Part shown: one piece after another, positions 1 through 8,338 of the stretch
How the letters are laid out: the number at the start of each line of letters is the position of its first letter
Numbering within the stretch: the stretch's first letter is position 1
Source of the DNA: a virus
DNA: 44,466 bases
Reading direction: 5' to 3' (one strand)
Virus record (IMG/VR): IMGVR_UViG_3300020536_000001
Location: 1-44,466 of that record
Notes under the pieces: model-generated
The model's input: only the letters and a program-made list of their open reading frames with translations
Told to the model about the DNA's origin: nothing
Database searches by the model: none
Program-made: the position numbers and the translations under genes

Positions 1-99
1 TTAGACTCTTTTTGGTGTGCAAAATGCGACTCAAAAAAAAATGAGCATAAGATTTAATATAAGTGTTTATATTCTATATAGATGTCTATATGTTATATA
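1..99. repeat. Terminal direct repeat, copy 1 (identical to 44368..44466); marks a circularly closed contig or a short DTR
   Basis: Compared base by base: nt 1..99 equal nt 44368..44466 exactly. Confidence 0.95.
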
Positions 100-141
100 A
101 ATGTCTATATTAAATATAGATGTCTATATAGTATATAGACA
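76..141. repeat. Cluster of TGTCTATAT boxes (3 direct, 1 inverted) in an AT-rich tract
   Basis: TGTCTATAT at 83..91, 102..110 and 121..129. Inverted copy ATATAGACA at 133..141. A 16-nt unit ATATAGATGTCTATAT occurs at 76..91 and 114..129. Confidence 0.85.
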
Positions 142-230
142 CTTATATATATAGTAAGGGATAAAAAACAAATTGCGCCCTTTGTGGGAAAAAACACCTT
201 TTTTGTGGAAAAGGGGTACCCCCCATTTTT

Positions 231-265
231 TTTGGGCGAATTAAACTTGACTTGTGGTAATTTTG
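231..265 (+). promoter_or_regulatory. Candidate Bacteroidota-type promoter for the packaging/late operon
   Basis: TTTG at 231..234 and TAATTTTG (TAnnTTTG) at 258..265, 7 nt before the ATG at 273. The 23-nt spacing is slightly longer than the remembered consensus. Confidence 0.35.
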
Positions 266-272
266 TGGGTGC

Positions 273-677
273 ATGGCGATACATGAGTTTGTAAAGAAGA
301 AGAAGGCTGAGGTTATTGAGGAGGAGGTCTCTGAGGCCCCTGAGAGCGTTCCGAGTGCTGAACCGAAGGCAGAGATACCTGTTCTCCTAAACGCTCGTTC
401 TACGAAGCCTAAGACGGTCACGAGGCGAGATATCCGGGACTTGCTTGATGCCGACTTGGACAGAACGATTGGCGGTGTGAAGCGGATGGATGCGTTGATT
501 GCCCGATTGGTGACTGAGGCGATTCGTGGCAATATGCGGGCGATGGAATTGGCCTTGGCCTATTTGTATGGCAAGCCCCAGCAGCAGACCACCGCACCGA
601 ACACGGGGCCTTTTGTTCTTGAGTTGACTGAACCAATTGTGGATGAAACTAACGGCGAGGCAGAGTCAGGCGTATAA
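273..677 (+). CDS. Putative small terminase subunit (134 aa)
   Basis: Small charged protein immediately upstream of and overlapping the large terminase. The assignment rests on position; I see no strong motif. Confidence 0.45.
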   Translation: MAIHEFVKKKKAEVIEEEVSEAPESVPSAEPKAEIPVLLNARSTKPKTVTRRDIRDLLDADLDRTIGGVKRMDALIARLVTEAIRGNMRAMELALAYLYGKPQQQTTAPNTGPFVLELTEPIVDETNGEAESGV

Positions 678-2010
678 GATGGCTTTGTCGGGGGAGAAGC
701 AATTCATCCTCTTTGGCGGAGCGATCCGAGGCGGGAAGACTTACTGCCTCCTTCTAACCTATATCTCCCTCTGTTCCAAATACCCCGGCAGCCGGTGGGT
801 GATTATCAGGCAGAGTATGCCCACGCTTCAGAGGACAACGCTTGTGACCTTCACATCCCTGATGAACCAAGGCTTAGGGATGCACGTTGCCTCTTGGGAC
901 AAGCAGGCGCAGATTGTGCGGTTCACCAACGGCTCCGAGTTAATCTTTATGGGCGAGAATTACGATACCGATAAAGACTTTGACCGATTCAAGGGCTTGG
1001 AGATTAACGGCGGTGGGATTGACGAGATTAACGAGTGCCAGGAAGGACTCCTTTACAAGGTCTTGGAGCGTGCCGGTTCGTGGCTGAATTGCGAAGGCCG
1101 ACCGCCCATTGTCGTGATGGCCACTTGCAACCCAAGCAATAATTGGGTGAAGGAGTTGATTTACGACAAGTGGAAGGAGAACGACCTACCCTCCACCTGG
1201 GCTTACATCCCATCCAAAATCACCGACAACCCCCACATCCCCGAAGATTACCTTCAATCCCTTCGGGACAATATGCCCGAATACGAGTACAAACGATTCG
1301 TGGAGGGCGATTGGGAGGTGCAGGAGAAACCCGAAAACCCCTTCTTCATCTCTTACGAGGCGAAAAAGCACGAAACCCACAACGCTTCCTTCAACCCGAA
1401 CCTACCCATTTACATCTCCCTTGACTTCAACTTACAACCCTTCTGCGGTCTGGTGGCGCAGATGTGGACGGATAGCCAAGGAGACCACGTTCATATCGTT
1501 GACGAGTTCCAGGTCGTTGATGGGAGCATCCCCAAGATGGTGGACACCATTAAGGCCAAGTACGCCCCCTTCCTGTTTTCCTGCCTGCTCACGGGCGATG
1601 CGATGGGCAAACGGGGCGATTTATCGCAGAGGGACAATGCCAACTACTACGAACAATTAGCGAGGGGCCTTGGATTGGCGCAGCGGCAGATTAAGGTCGC
1701 TCCGAACCCGAAGCACGAGAACAGCCGAGCGCAATGCAATTACCTTCTCCAATTCCACCCCGACATCAAGATAAACCCCAAGACGGCCCCCGGCGTGGCG
1801 AGGGACATGAAGATGGTGGCGTGCGATGCCGCTGGCAACATCATAAAGCGAAACCGATACATCATTACCCAACAGTCCGACTTTGCCGACTGTTTTCGGT
1901 ATCTTTGCAACAGCTTCTTGAGCGAATGGTACCTTAAACACCTCAAAAAGAGCGGTTACACACACTTTAACAACAATTTTGTCCCCGAACTTAAAACACC
2001 AAGCCGATGA
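637..2010 (+). CDS. terL: Terminase large subunit
   Basis: Walker A-like FGGAIRGGKTY, Walker B-like GGGIDEINE, 457 aa. An alternative ATG at 679 (MALSGEKQ...) lies just after the upstream stop. Confidence 0.9.
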   Translation: MWMKLTARQSQAYKMALSGEKQFILFGGAIRGGKTYCLLLTYISLCSKYPGSRWVIIRQSMPTLQRTTLVTFTSLMNQGLGMHVASWDKQAQIVRFTNGSELIFMGENYDTDKDFDRFKGLEINGGGIDEINECQEGLLYKVLERAGSWLNCEGRPPIVVMATCNPSNNWVKELIYDKWKENDLPSTWAYIPSKITDNPHIPEDYLQSLRDNMPEYEYKRFVEGDWEVQEKPENPFFISYEAKKHETHNASFNPNLPIYISLDFNLQPFCGLVAQMWTDSQGDHVHIVDEFQVVDGSIPKMVDTIKAKYAPFLFSCLLTGDAMGKRGDLSQRDNANYYEQLARGLGLAQRQIKVAPNPKHENSRAQCNYLLQFHPDIKINPKTAPGVARDMKMVACDAAGNIIKRNRYIITQQSDFADCFRYLCNSFLSEWYLKHLKKSGYTHFNNNFVPELKTPSR

Positions 2011-2378
2011 GTTGTCTTGAATGCACCGACTGCCCCGATATTGGCACCTTTGACATCTGTGCCGATAGCGTTGTGATTGGCTATACCACACCAAGCGCAG
2101 CTGTTACCGTTGTGATTACCGATGTGGCCCTTGACCGCCCCTTCCGTTTCACGATGGCCACGCCCGTGTCGGGAGCGATTACCATCCCCAACGCCACGAT
2201 TGATAACCTCCAAGCGTATTTCGCCATTGGCCGAACCTACGAGGTGCGGGCTTATGCGAGTTACACCGGCGGTGCCTCGCCGAACCTGGATGGCGATGAG
2301 TTACCGCTGACCCTCGCTCCGACTTACCCAACCGCAGAATCTTGCTTTTCCTTTCAATTCAAATATATCAATCCATGA
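2007..2378 (+). CDS. Hypothetical protein, 123 aa, probably beta-rich structural
   Basis: ATGA start/stop overlap with terL, same-strand packing, no recognisable motif. Confidence 0.6.
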   Translation: MSCLECTDCPDIGTFDICADSVVIGYTTPSAAVTVVITDVALDRPFRFTMATPVSGAITIPNATIDNLQAYFAIGRTYEVRAYASYTGGASPNLDGDELPLTLAPTYPTAESCFSFQFKYINP

Positions 2379-2536
2379 AAAACCTAATTCTCCCCCTCCT
2401 GCGCCACGCATTGACCTTTGCTGGCGGTTTACTCGCTGCGAAAGGCTATTTGGACGAATCGTCCGTTACCGAAATCGTTGGTGCAACCATCTCTCTCGTG
2501 AGTGTCCTTTGGATGACCTTTGAGAAGAAGAAATGA
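2375..2536 (+). CDS. Small membrane protein, 53 aa (MKNLILPLLRHALTFAGGLLAAKG...), holin-like shape
   Basis: ATG at 2375 overlaps the upstream stop (ATGA). Two hydrophobic stretches and a basic C-terminus. The ORF track lists it from an upstream TTG at 2342. Confidence 0.55.
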   Translation: MKNLILPLLRHALTFAGGLLAAKGYLDESSVTEIVGATISLVSVLWMTFEKKK

Positions 2537-2841
2537 CATTCGCCCTTGACACAATGGCACGGGCTTTGGTTGTAAGCCTGATGACCGTATCGCTCTCCAT
2601 TATGCTTGAGGAGGAACAACTCCTCGGCAAGGTGGGCAAGTGGTTCAAGAAAACCATCCCCCCGCATAAGTTTCCCAACCTTCACAAACCTATTTATGGG
2701 TGCGTGGGCTGTATGGCTTCGGTATGGGGAGGCATCTTCTACCTTGTAACCGCCCCGATGATGGGCTTTGACCTCCTGCAAATGGGTGTCGTGATGCTCG
2801 TGGGCGTAACCCTTAATTTCATCCTCATTAAACTCTCGTGA
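2533..2841 (+). CDS. Membrane protein, 102 aa, with a KPIYGCVGCMASVWGG motif
   Basis: ATGA overlap with the upstream gene and several hydrophobic segments. Confidence 0.6.
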   Translation: MTFALDTMARALVVSLMTVSLSIMLEEEQLLGKVGKWFKKTIPPHKFPNLHKPIYGCVGCMASVWGGIFYLVTAPMMGFDLLQMGVVMLVGVTLNFILIKLS

Positions 2842-3482
2842 TACACAAACTCGTTTACAAGCTTTTCAAGAAGGAGCTGACCCAAATGGTGTGGGACGAT
2901 ACCTACAAGCCCGACAAGATGCGTGGCTTGAAGTTTGCGTTGACCTGTAAGGGCCACCGGTATTTCATTTACCAGAACATCTTTGACATCCCCATTGACC
3001 GAATGGGACGGATTCAAGACCTCGTGATTCAGTTGCAGCGGATGGTTTCAAGGGAAGAGCTGGATGTCTTCCTGGAGAACATGGAGGGAGCCTTGAACAA
3101 GGCCGTGGATGGCACCGCCGTGAAGAACCTGGCGCAGATTGGCTTCCTTGTCGGAGAGATGCGCAGGAGGAAGGATATGCTCGTTCACCCCGAAGTAATG
3201 ATGGAGTTGGCCGGAGCGGTGCTGATCCGTGAAGACCAAAACCCAGGCGAGTGGAACAACGAGTTTGAGCAGAAGAAGGTGCAGGCGTTTAGGGAAGCGT
3301 ACAAGGGCAAGGAGTTGTACGATTTTTTCGTTTTAGCCGGGCTGAGTCAGTTCTTTCCCAATATAGAACATTTAGAAGAAGATTGGACAATCTTCTGGGA
3401 GATGGCCTCCTCCCGGCTGGAGCAGACGAGGGAACTCCTGAAATCCGAAATCTCGGCTCGGAACTCTACCTCAACGACTTAA
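2838..3482 (+). CDS. Putative tail assembly chaperone (G-like), 214 aa
   Basis: Lies immediately upstream of the tape measure. GTGA start/stop overlap with the previous gene. An overlapping -1 frame is open through to the tape-measure start. Confidence 0.55.
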   Translation: MIHKLVYKLFKKELTQMVWDDTYKPDKMRGLKFALTCKGHRYFIYQNIFDIPIDRMGRIQDLVIQLQRMVSREELDVFLENMEGALNKAVDGTAVKNLAQIGFLVGEMRRRKDMLVHPEVMMELAGAVLIREDQNPGEWNNEFEQKKVQAFREAYKGKELYDFFVLAGLSQFFPNIEHLEEDWTIFWEMASSRLEQTRELLKSEISARNSTSTT

Positions 3483-3631
3483 ATTGGCGTGAGTTCTTCG
3501 TTTTCTTAGCGAGGGGCGATATATTCCTCTACAAGGAGTATATGAAAACATCCGTTGAGGATGTCTTAACTTTGCTCAAGCATTTCCAGGAGGAAAGGCA
3601 ACGCAAAGCTAAACAAGACACCAATGGCTGA
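2838..3631 (+). CDS. Predicted frameshifted chaperone (GT-like): 2838..3329 joined in the -1 frame to 3329..3631
   Basis: The -1 frame has no stop from 3293 to 3631 and ends 8 nt into the tape-measure gene. This matches the arrangement known for long-tailed phages. Confidence 0.4.
3323..3329 (+). other. Candidate -1 slippery heptamer T_TTT_TTC
   Basis: Zero-frame codons are gat ttt ttc (..YDFFV..). It is the only X_XXY_YYZ heptamer I found in the part of the chaperone ORF where the -1 frame is open (3293..3631). Confidence 0.45.
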
Positions 3632-6557
3632 TAAAATATCGGTAAGTTACGATGCGAATATAGACGATATGAAGCGAAAGCTTGAAGAGCTTATCGCACT
3701 CAATAATAGGTTAAAAAGGAGTTCCGAGGATGTTTCTGGTGCTTATTCAAAGGCAGGTTCTTCCATAAGTTCTGCCAATGCGTCCGTGGCCCAATCCACC
3801 ACGGTCATAAACAATTACAACAACTCCGTAAACAACACGACCAACAATGTGACCCGAATGGGGTCGGCGGTCAATAATGCGAGCAAACAAGTTTCGGAAT
3901 TTGACGGGTTATTGTCTCGTGTTGCATCAAGAATGGCCGCCTATTTTGCGATTGACTCGCTTGTAAACTTTGGAAAATCCGTTGTTGATACGACAAGAAA
4001 GGTTGAGCTTATGCAAAACCGACTTTCGTTCGTTTTTGGCAGCGTTACCGGTGGGCGAGAAGCGTTTGACAGGCTTTATGATACTTCCCAAAAGCTCGGC
4101 ATAGGATTCCAAGAACTTGGCGATGGATTTTCAAGTTTTGCGATTGCCGCAAAGATGGCAGGGTTCTCGGCCAAAGAATCCGAAGGGATGTTCACCAAGG
4201 TGGCGATTGCATTACGAGGAGCAGGAGCGAACTCGCTTCAAACCCAAAGATCATTCTACGCCTTGCAGCAAATGTTGTCCAAGGGAGTGGTTGCTGCGGA
4301 AGAATTACGCAGGCAGTTAGGTGAAGCGTTGCCGGGTGCATCCGACTTGATGACCAAAGCGTACAACCGCCTTCACCCCGCCCAACAAGTCACCAACCTT
4401 GGCTTCACAAAGTTGCTTGAGAACGGCAAAATCATATCAGCTGAAATCCTGCCCGAATTTGCACGAGTATTAGAAGAAACCTTTGCCCCTGCCGTTGCAG
4501 GAAAATCGGGTTCTTTGGATGCGTCTTTGACAAGAGTGACGAACTCGTGGGAAAGATTCAAGTTATCCCTTGGCGAGGCAAACTTCCAAACAATCATCTC
4601 TTTTACGACAGAACTCACAGAGGCCATAGACCTGCTTAATCTTTCACTCACCAACGAACGATTAAGCCTTTTGGAACGCATTGCCATTGCCTTTGACGGC
4701 ATATTCAATCCAGGAAAAAAAGACTTGTTTACCGCACAGCTTTATACCGAAAAAGTATTGAACCAAGAATTAAGGAAACGACAATCAATCATTTATGCTT
4801 TGTCTGGCGAATACGAGAATATAGGGGATGCGAGCAAGGCATCTACTATTGCGATTGAAATGCTAAACGAAAAAGCCGCTTCATCTCAGGCAGAGTTTAA
4901 CAGATTGACCCTTGAGCAACTTGAGGAAAAGAGAGAAAGTATTGCGGCAGAACTGAAAGACACCGAGCATCTCCTTAGTTTGGGCAAGGCAGGGACCGAC
5001 CAACTCCGAGTTAAAGGCAAAGCCTATCAGATTATTTTGGATAGGATGGAGGAAATAAGAATCAAAAACAAGGAAACCGAAAAGCAGGAAGGCGATGCCA
5101 TTGCAGCGGCCAAAGAACGAGTTGCTCTTGAGGAAACCCGATTGCTCAAAACCACCGAAGGAACCACGGCGTATTACAACCAGCTCATAAAGCTCATTCA
5201 GGCCCGTAAGGACTTGGTAAAGCTTGAGAAGGCGGGAACACCGAATCAAATGGGGCTTGACCTTGCAAAGCTTGACAAAGACCTGGAGAAGGCCCGGAAG
5301 ATGGTTGAGTCCTTTGACCCGAATGTTGCCGAGGTCATTGAGGAAGGAGTCTATGTGCCGAGCGTTGAGTCCCTTCAAAAACTCAGCAAAGACATCAAGG
5401 ACTTGACGGTTCAAATGTTGCAGGATAGTGCCGCAGAGATTGAGGCCGAGATTCAATTACACGCCGAAGGAACGGACAGAAGGCTTGAACTTGAGAAGGC
5501 GTTGGTGATGGCCAAGGCAAGACTCGCCGCTAAGAGTGCTGAGATTCAAGGCAAATCGGTCAAAGAGATTGAGGCCATCTTCGCCAAGGCCAACATTGAT
5601 ATGCAAAAGCTTGACACCGACTTTAACGATGGCAAGAAGAAGGAGGCCGAGGATTATGCCGAGTTCTACAAGCGACTGCAAGACGGCCTGGATGGGTATG
5701 AGGGAAATTCCCTGGATAAGCGACTGAAGGCCATTCGTGAATACTATGGAAAATTAATTGACGAAGCGAAGGACTATGGTAGGAGTAAAGAAGAGATTGA
5801 CGCTCTTGCCGCAAATCGGGATAAAGCCCTGTTTGAGGAGAATGTAAAAGAGGTTGGCAAATTCGTTAATGCGGCTGGCGATTTATACAACCAATTCACT
5901 CAGATTCAAGAGATGGAGTTTAATAACCAAAAGACCGCTCTTGACAACAAGCTTGCCCAAGGATTGATTTCCGAGGAGCAATACAACGCAGAACTTGCGG
6001 ATATTGAGAAAAAACAATTTGAGCAAAACAAGAAGACCCAAAAGGTAAATGTCTTAATAAATAGCGCATCCGCTATTGTTCGTGCTTTCAGCGAACTTGG
6101 GCCGATTGGAGGTGCGCTTGCGGCCTTTGCGATTGGGGCTATGGCGATCAAGCAAATGAGTCTTATTGATTCGGCTCAGTTCCCAGAGGGATTCAAGGAA
6201 GGGGTTATTGATTTGAACGGCCCAGGCACCGGCACATCCGACAGCATTCCTGCAAGGCTCTCTCGTGGCGAGTCGGTAATGACCGCAGACGAGACCAAGC
6301 GGTACAAGCCCGTCCTCCAAGCCATCCGTGACAATAACTTTGAGGAGTTTGTCTCCAAGCGATACATTGACGCAATGAGCGGCACCAAGCGTTCCTTTGC
6401 CGACAATGTTGGAGCATCCATTGAGCTGAACAACTTTGAGATGATTGATGCTATCCGAAAGAACAAGAGCGTGAAGATTGCGAATTGGGATGACTTTGAC
6501 AAAGTTCTCCGCAAACCAAGGACGGCCCACAAGGTCCATAGAAGGAGGGCTTGGTAA
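3624..6557 (+). CDS. Tail tape measure protein, 977 aa
   Basis: Length, coiled-coil K/E-rich middle, and an N-terminal region (FGKSVVDTTRKVE...GIGFQELGDGFSSFAIAAKMAGFS...ALQQMLSKGVVAAEELRRQLGEALPGA) typical of tape-measure core domains. Confidence 0.9.
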   Translation: MADKISVSYDANIDDMKRKLEELIALNNRLKRSSEDVSGAYSKAGSSISSANASVAQSTTVINNYNNSVNNTTNNVTRMGSAVNNASKQVSEFDGLLSRVASRMAAYFAIDSLVNFGKSVVDTTRKVELMQNRLSFVFGSVTGGREAFDRLYDTSQKLGIGFQELGDGFSSFAIAAKMAGFSAKESEGMFTKVAIALRGAGANSLQTQRSFYALQQMLSKGVVAAEELRRQLGEALPGASDLMTKAYNRLHPAQQVTNLGFTKLLENGKIISAEILPEFARVLEETFAPAVAGKSGSLDASLTRVTNSWERFKLSLGEANFQTIISFTTELTEAIDLLNLSLTNERLSLLERIAIAFDGIFNPGKKDLFTAQLYTEKVLNQELRKRQSIIYALSGEYENIGDASKASTIAIEMLNEKAASSQAEFNRLTLEQLEEKRESIAAELKDTEHLLSLGKAGTDQLRVKGKAYQIILDRMEEIRIKNKETEKQEGDAIAAAKERVALEETRLLKTTEGTTAYYNQLIKLIQARKDLVKLEKAGTPNQMGLDLAKLDKDLEKARKMVESFDPNVAEVIEEGVYVPSVESLQKLSKDIKDLTVQMLQDSAAEIEAEIQLHAEGTDRRLELEKALVMAKARLAAKSAEIQGKSVKEIEAIFAKANIDMQKLDTDFNDGKKKEAEDYAEFYKRLQDGLDGYEGNSLDKRLKAIREYYGKLIDEAKDYGRSKEEIDALAANRDKALFEENVKEVGKFVNAAGDLYNQFTQIQEMEFNNQKTALDNKLAQGLISEEQYNAELADIEKKQFEQNKKTQKVNVLINSASAIVRAFSELGPIGGALAAFAIGAMAIKQMSLIDSAQFPEGFKEGVIDLNGPGTGTSDSIPARLSRGESVMTADETKRYKPVLQAIRDNNFEEFVSKRYIDAMSGTKRSFADNVGASIELNNFEMIDAIRKNKSVKIANWDDFDKVLRKPRTAHKVHRRRAW

Positions 6558-8338
6558 TGGCGAGTTTCACGGTAATACTTGACGGACAGACCTTGGCCAA
6601 CGAGCCAATGGGTTTGCAGGACACGGCCATATCCATCCAGCGGAACGAGGACTTGCCTGGCCTGTTCACAACGATGGTTTCGGACTTGGAGTTCTGGGGC
6701 GATGGCTATGAGATTCTTTATGCCTACTACCAGGCCAACGACTTATGCAAAGAGGTTTCCTGCCAAATCATTGAGGACTGCAACGATGGCTTGAACTTTC
6801 GTGGCTTGATTTACTTGAGCGATGTGGAGTTCAATTCATACAAGTGCATTGCGACTTGCTCGGTGGAGGACGATACCGTTCAGGGGAGATTGATTCGGAT
6901 GAAGGACTTGCTTGTTCCAATCAACTCGGTGAATGGGCAAACCGTAAATGGGCAAGGATTGAGCAACTGTGCATCCTATCAATTTGCTACCGGGACAACC
7001 TACGGCAATAGGTTTGCCTTCAAGATGTCGGAATTGTTTCAGTATGTAGTTAGCTACCTGACCGACAACACGACCATCTTCCAAAGCGACATTTTCACGA
7101 ATATCAATTACCGACCTCAATTCATTCAACTTAAATGTGTTTATGCCGGAGGAGCAGGGTTTCCCTTAGAAATGAAATGGATTGATGTTTATGGAAACAA
7201 TGTCACAAGGGTTTTTATTGGACCAGCGCTATTTGCCGTAACAGACAACGCCACCTATGCGAGGGCCGTTGCGACCGTGTTGAATCAACAAGTCTTTACA
7301 AATAGCGGAGGCAATAGCTACCAAGACATTGTGTTCCCTTATGCGGCAAGAGCAACGACTGATGGGGTTGACGATTTCGTTGAGGTCTATTTCTACCACC
7401 AAACAACCTTCACGGAAATCAATGTCCTTGCAGGAGCCAGCACGGTGACTGTTGTGTCAACAGTTGATGCTACCTACGGAGCAAAAAACCTATACACGAC
7501 CAACACCTCGCTGATAGAGCCATCCGTATCAATGCCGTCCATATCCTTCACTCAGCTCTTTATGGGGATGAACGCATTCTTTAATTTGAGCCTTTCGTTC
7601 ACGAGGGTTGGGACGCAGTTGTATCTAAGGGCCGACACTCAGCCTTATTTCTTCAGCAACGCTCAATCCGCATCCATTAGCGATGCGAAAGATGTGATGC
7701 TGAAGACCGATAACCCATTGGTATTCTCGGTGCTGAATTATAGCAATGCCACATTGAACAACGCATCTATCTACTACCAAGATGCAGGCTACGCTTCCAC
7801 TCAATGCGCAGAAAGCGATGCAGGAACAACGCCATATTTTCTTATCCCCAATGATTATTACAACGGCAGTATTGGTTCGCCTGCCCCAATAGGAGGTTTG
7901 TACTATGGCTTTTCGGTAAACCAAGAGAACAAGTGGATTTTGCTTGAAGAGAATACTGACCTTCTGACAACGCCGAAGACCGTGTTGAATATGGCTCATA
8001 CAGGCACCACGAGTTCCATCAACCAACAGAACGCCATTATTGCGGACCCCATTTCCTTTACCTATGCCGGTTCGTGCATCCATCCATTTGCGGCCAGAAA
8101 TTATTTGTTTCGTGCGCCATTGGGCCTCCGTTATGCTGGGTACTTTTTGAGTAATAACTTGCCAATCAAAATAGCAAAATCACTCTCGTTTGAATATCCC
8201 CTTGACCGAGCGCAATTCAATCAAATAAGCAACAATCCAACGAACTATATCGTTGTGAACGGCACAAGAGGATGGATTATGAGCGTGGAGCATAACCTCA
8301 AAACAGGAATGACAACCTTTGAACTTCTGACCGAATGA
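6557..8338 (+). CDS. Tail protein following the tape measure (distal tail / baseplate-like), 593 aa
   Basis: TAATG overlap with the tape-measure stop. The call is by synteny only. The ORF track begins at a TTG at 6551. Confidence 0.6.
   Translation: MASFTVILDGQTLANEPMGLQDTAISIQRNEDLPGLFTTMVSDLEFWGDGYEILYAYYQANDLCKEVSCQIIEDCNDGLNFRGLIYLSDVEFNSYKCIATCSVEDDTVQGRLIRMKDLLVPINSVNGQTVNGQGLSNCASYQFATGTTYGNRFAFKMSELFQYVVSYLTDNTTIFQSDIFTNINYRPQFIQLKCVYAGGAGFPLEMKWIDVYGNNVTRVFIGPALFAVTDNATYARAVATVLNQQVFTNSGGNSYQDIVFPYAARATTDGVDDFVEVYFYHQTTFTEINVLAGASTVTVVSTVDATYGAKNLYTTNTSLIEPSVSMPSISFTQLFMGMNAFFNLSLSFTRVGTQLYLRADTQPYFFSNAQSASISDAKDVMLKTDNPLVFSVLNYSNATLNNASIYYQDAGYASTQCAESDAGTTPYFLIPNDYYNGSIGSPAPIGGLYYGFSVNQENKWILLEENTDLLTTPKTVLNMAHTGTTSSINQQNAIIADPISFTYAGSCIHPFAARNYLFRAPLGLRYAGYFLSNNLPIKIAKSLSFEYPLDRAQFNQISNNPTNYIVVNGTRGWIMSVEHNLKTGMTTFELLTE

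Noticed and set aside
205-238. GGGGTACCCC followed by T8 as a terminator before terS
   Set aside because: The stem would be only 3-4 bp around a minimal loop. It is more likely part of the promoter region. I have not called it.
143-532. 129-aa minus-strand ORF overlapping the small terminase gene, and similar antisense or off-frame ORFs inside long genes (for example 4881..5456, 7625..8083, 10172..10687, 15729..16355, 18811..19392, 34578..35105, 38781..39302, 40497..41135)
   Set aside because: These are shadow ORFs inside genes that have motif or synteny support. Their compositions are Arg/Gly/Ser/Leu-skewed, as expected for wrong-frame reads.
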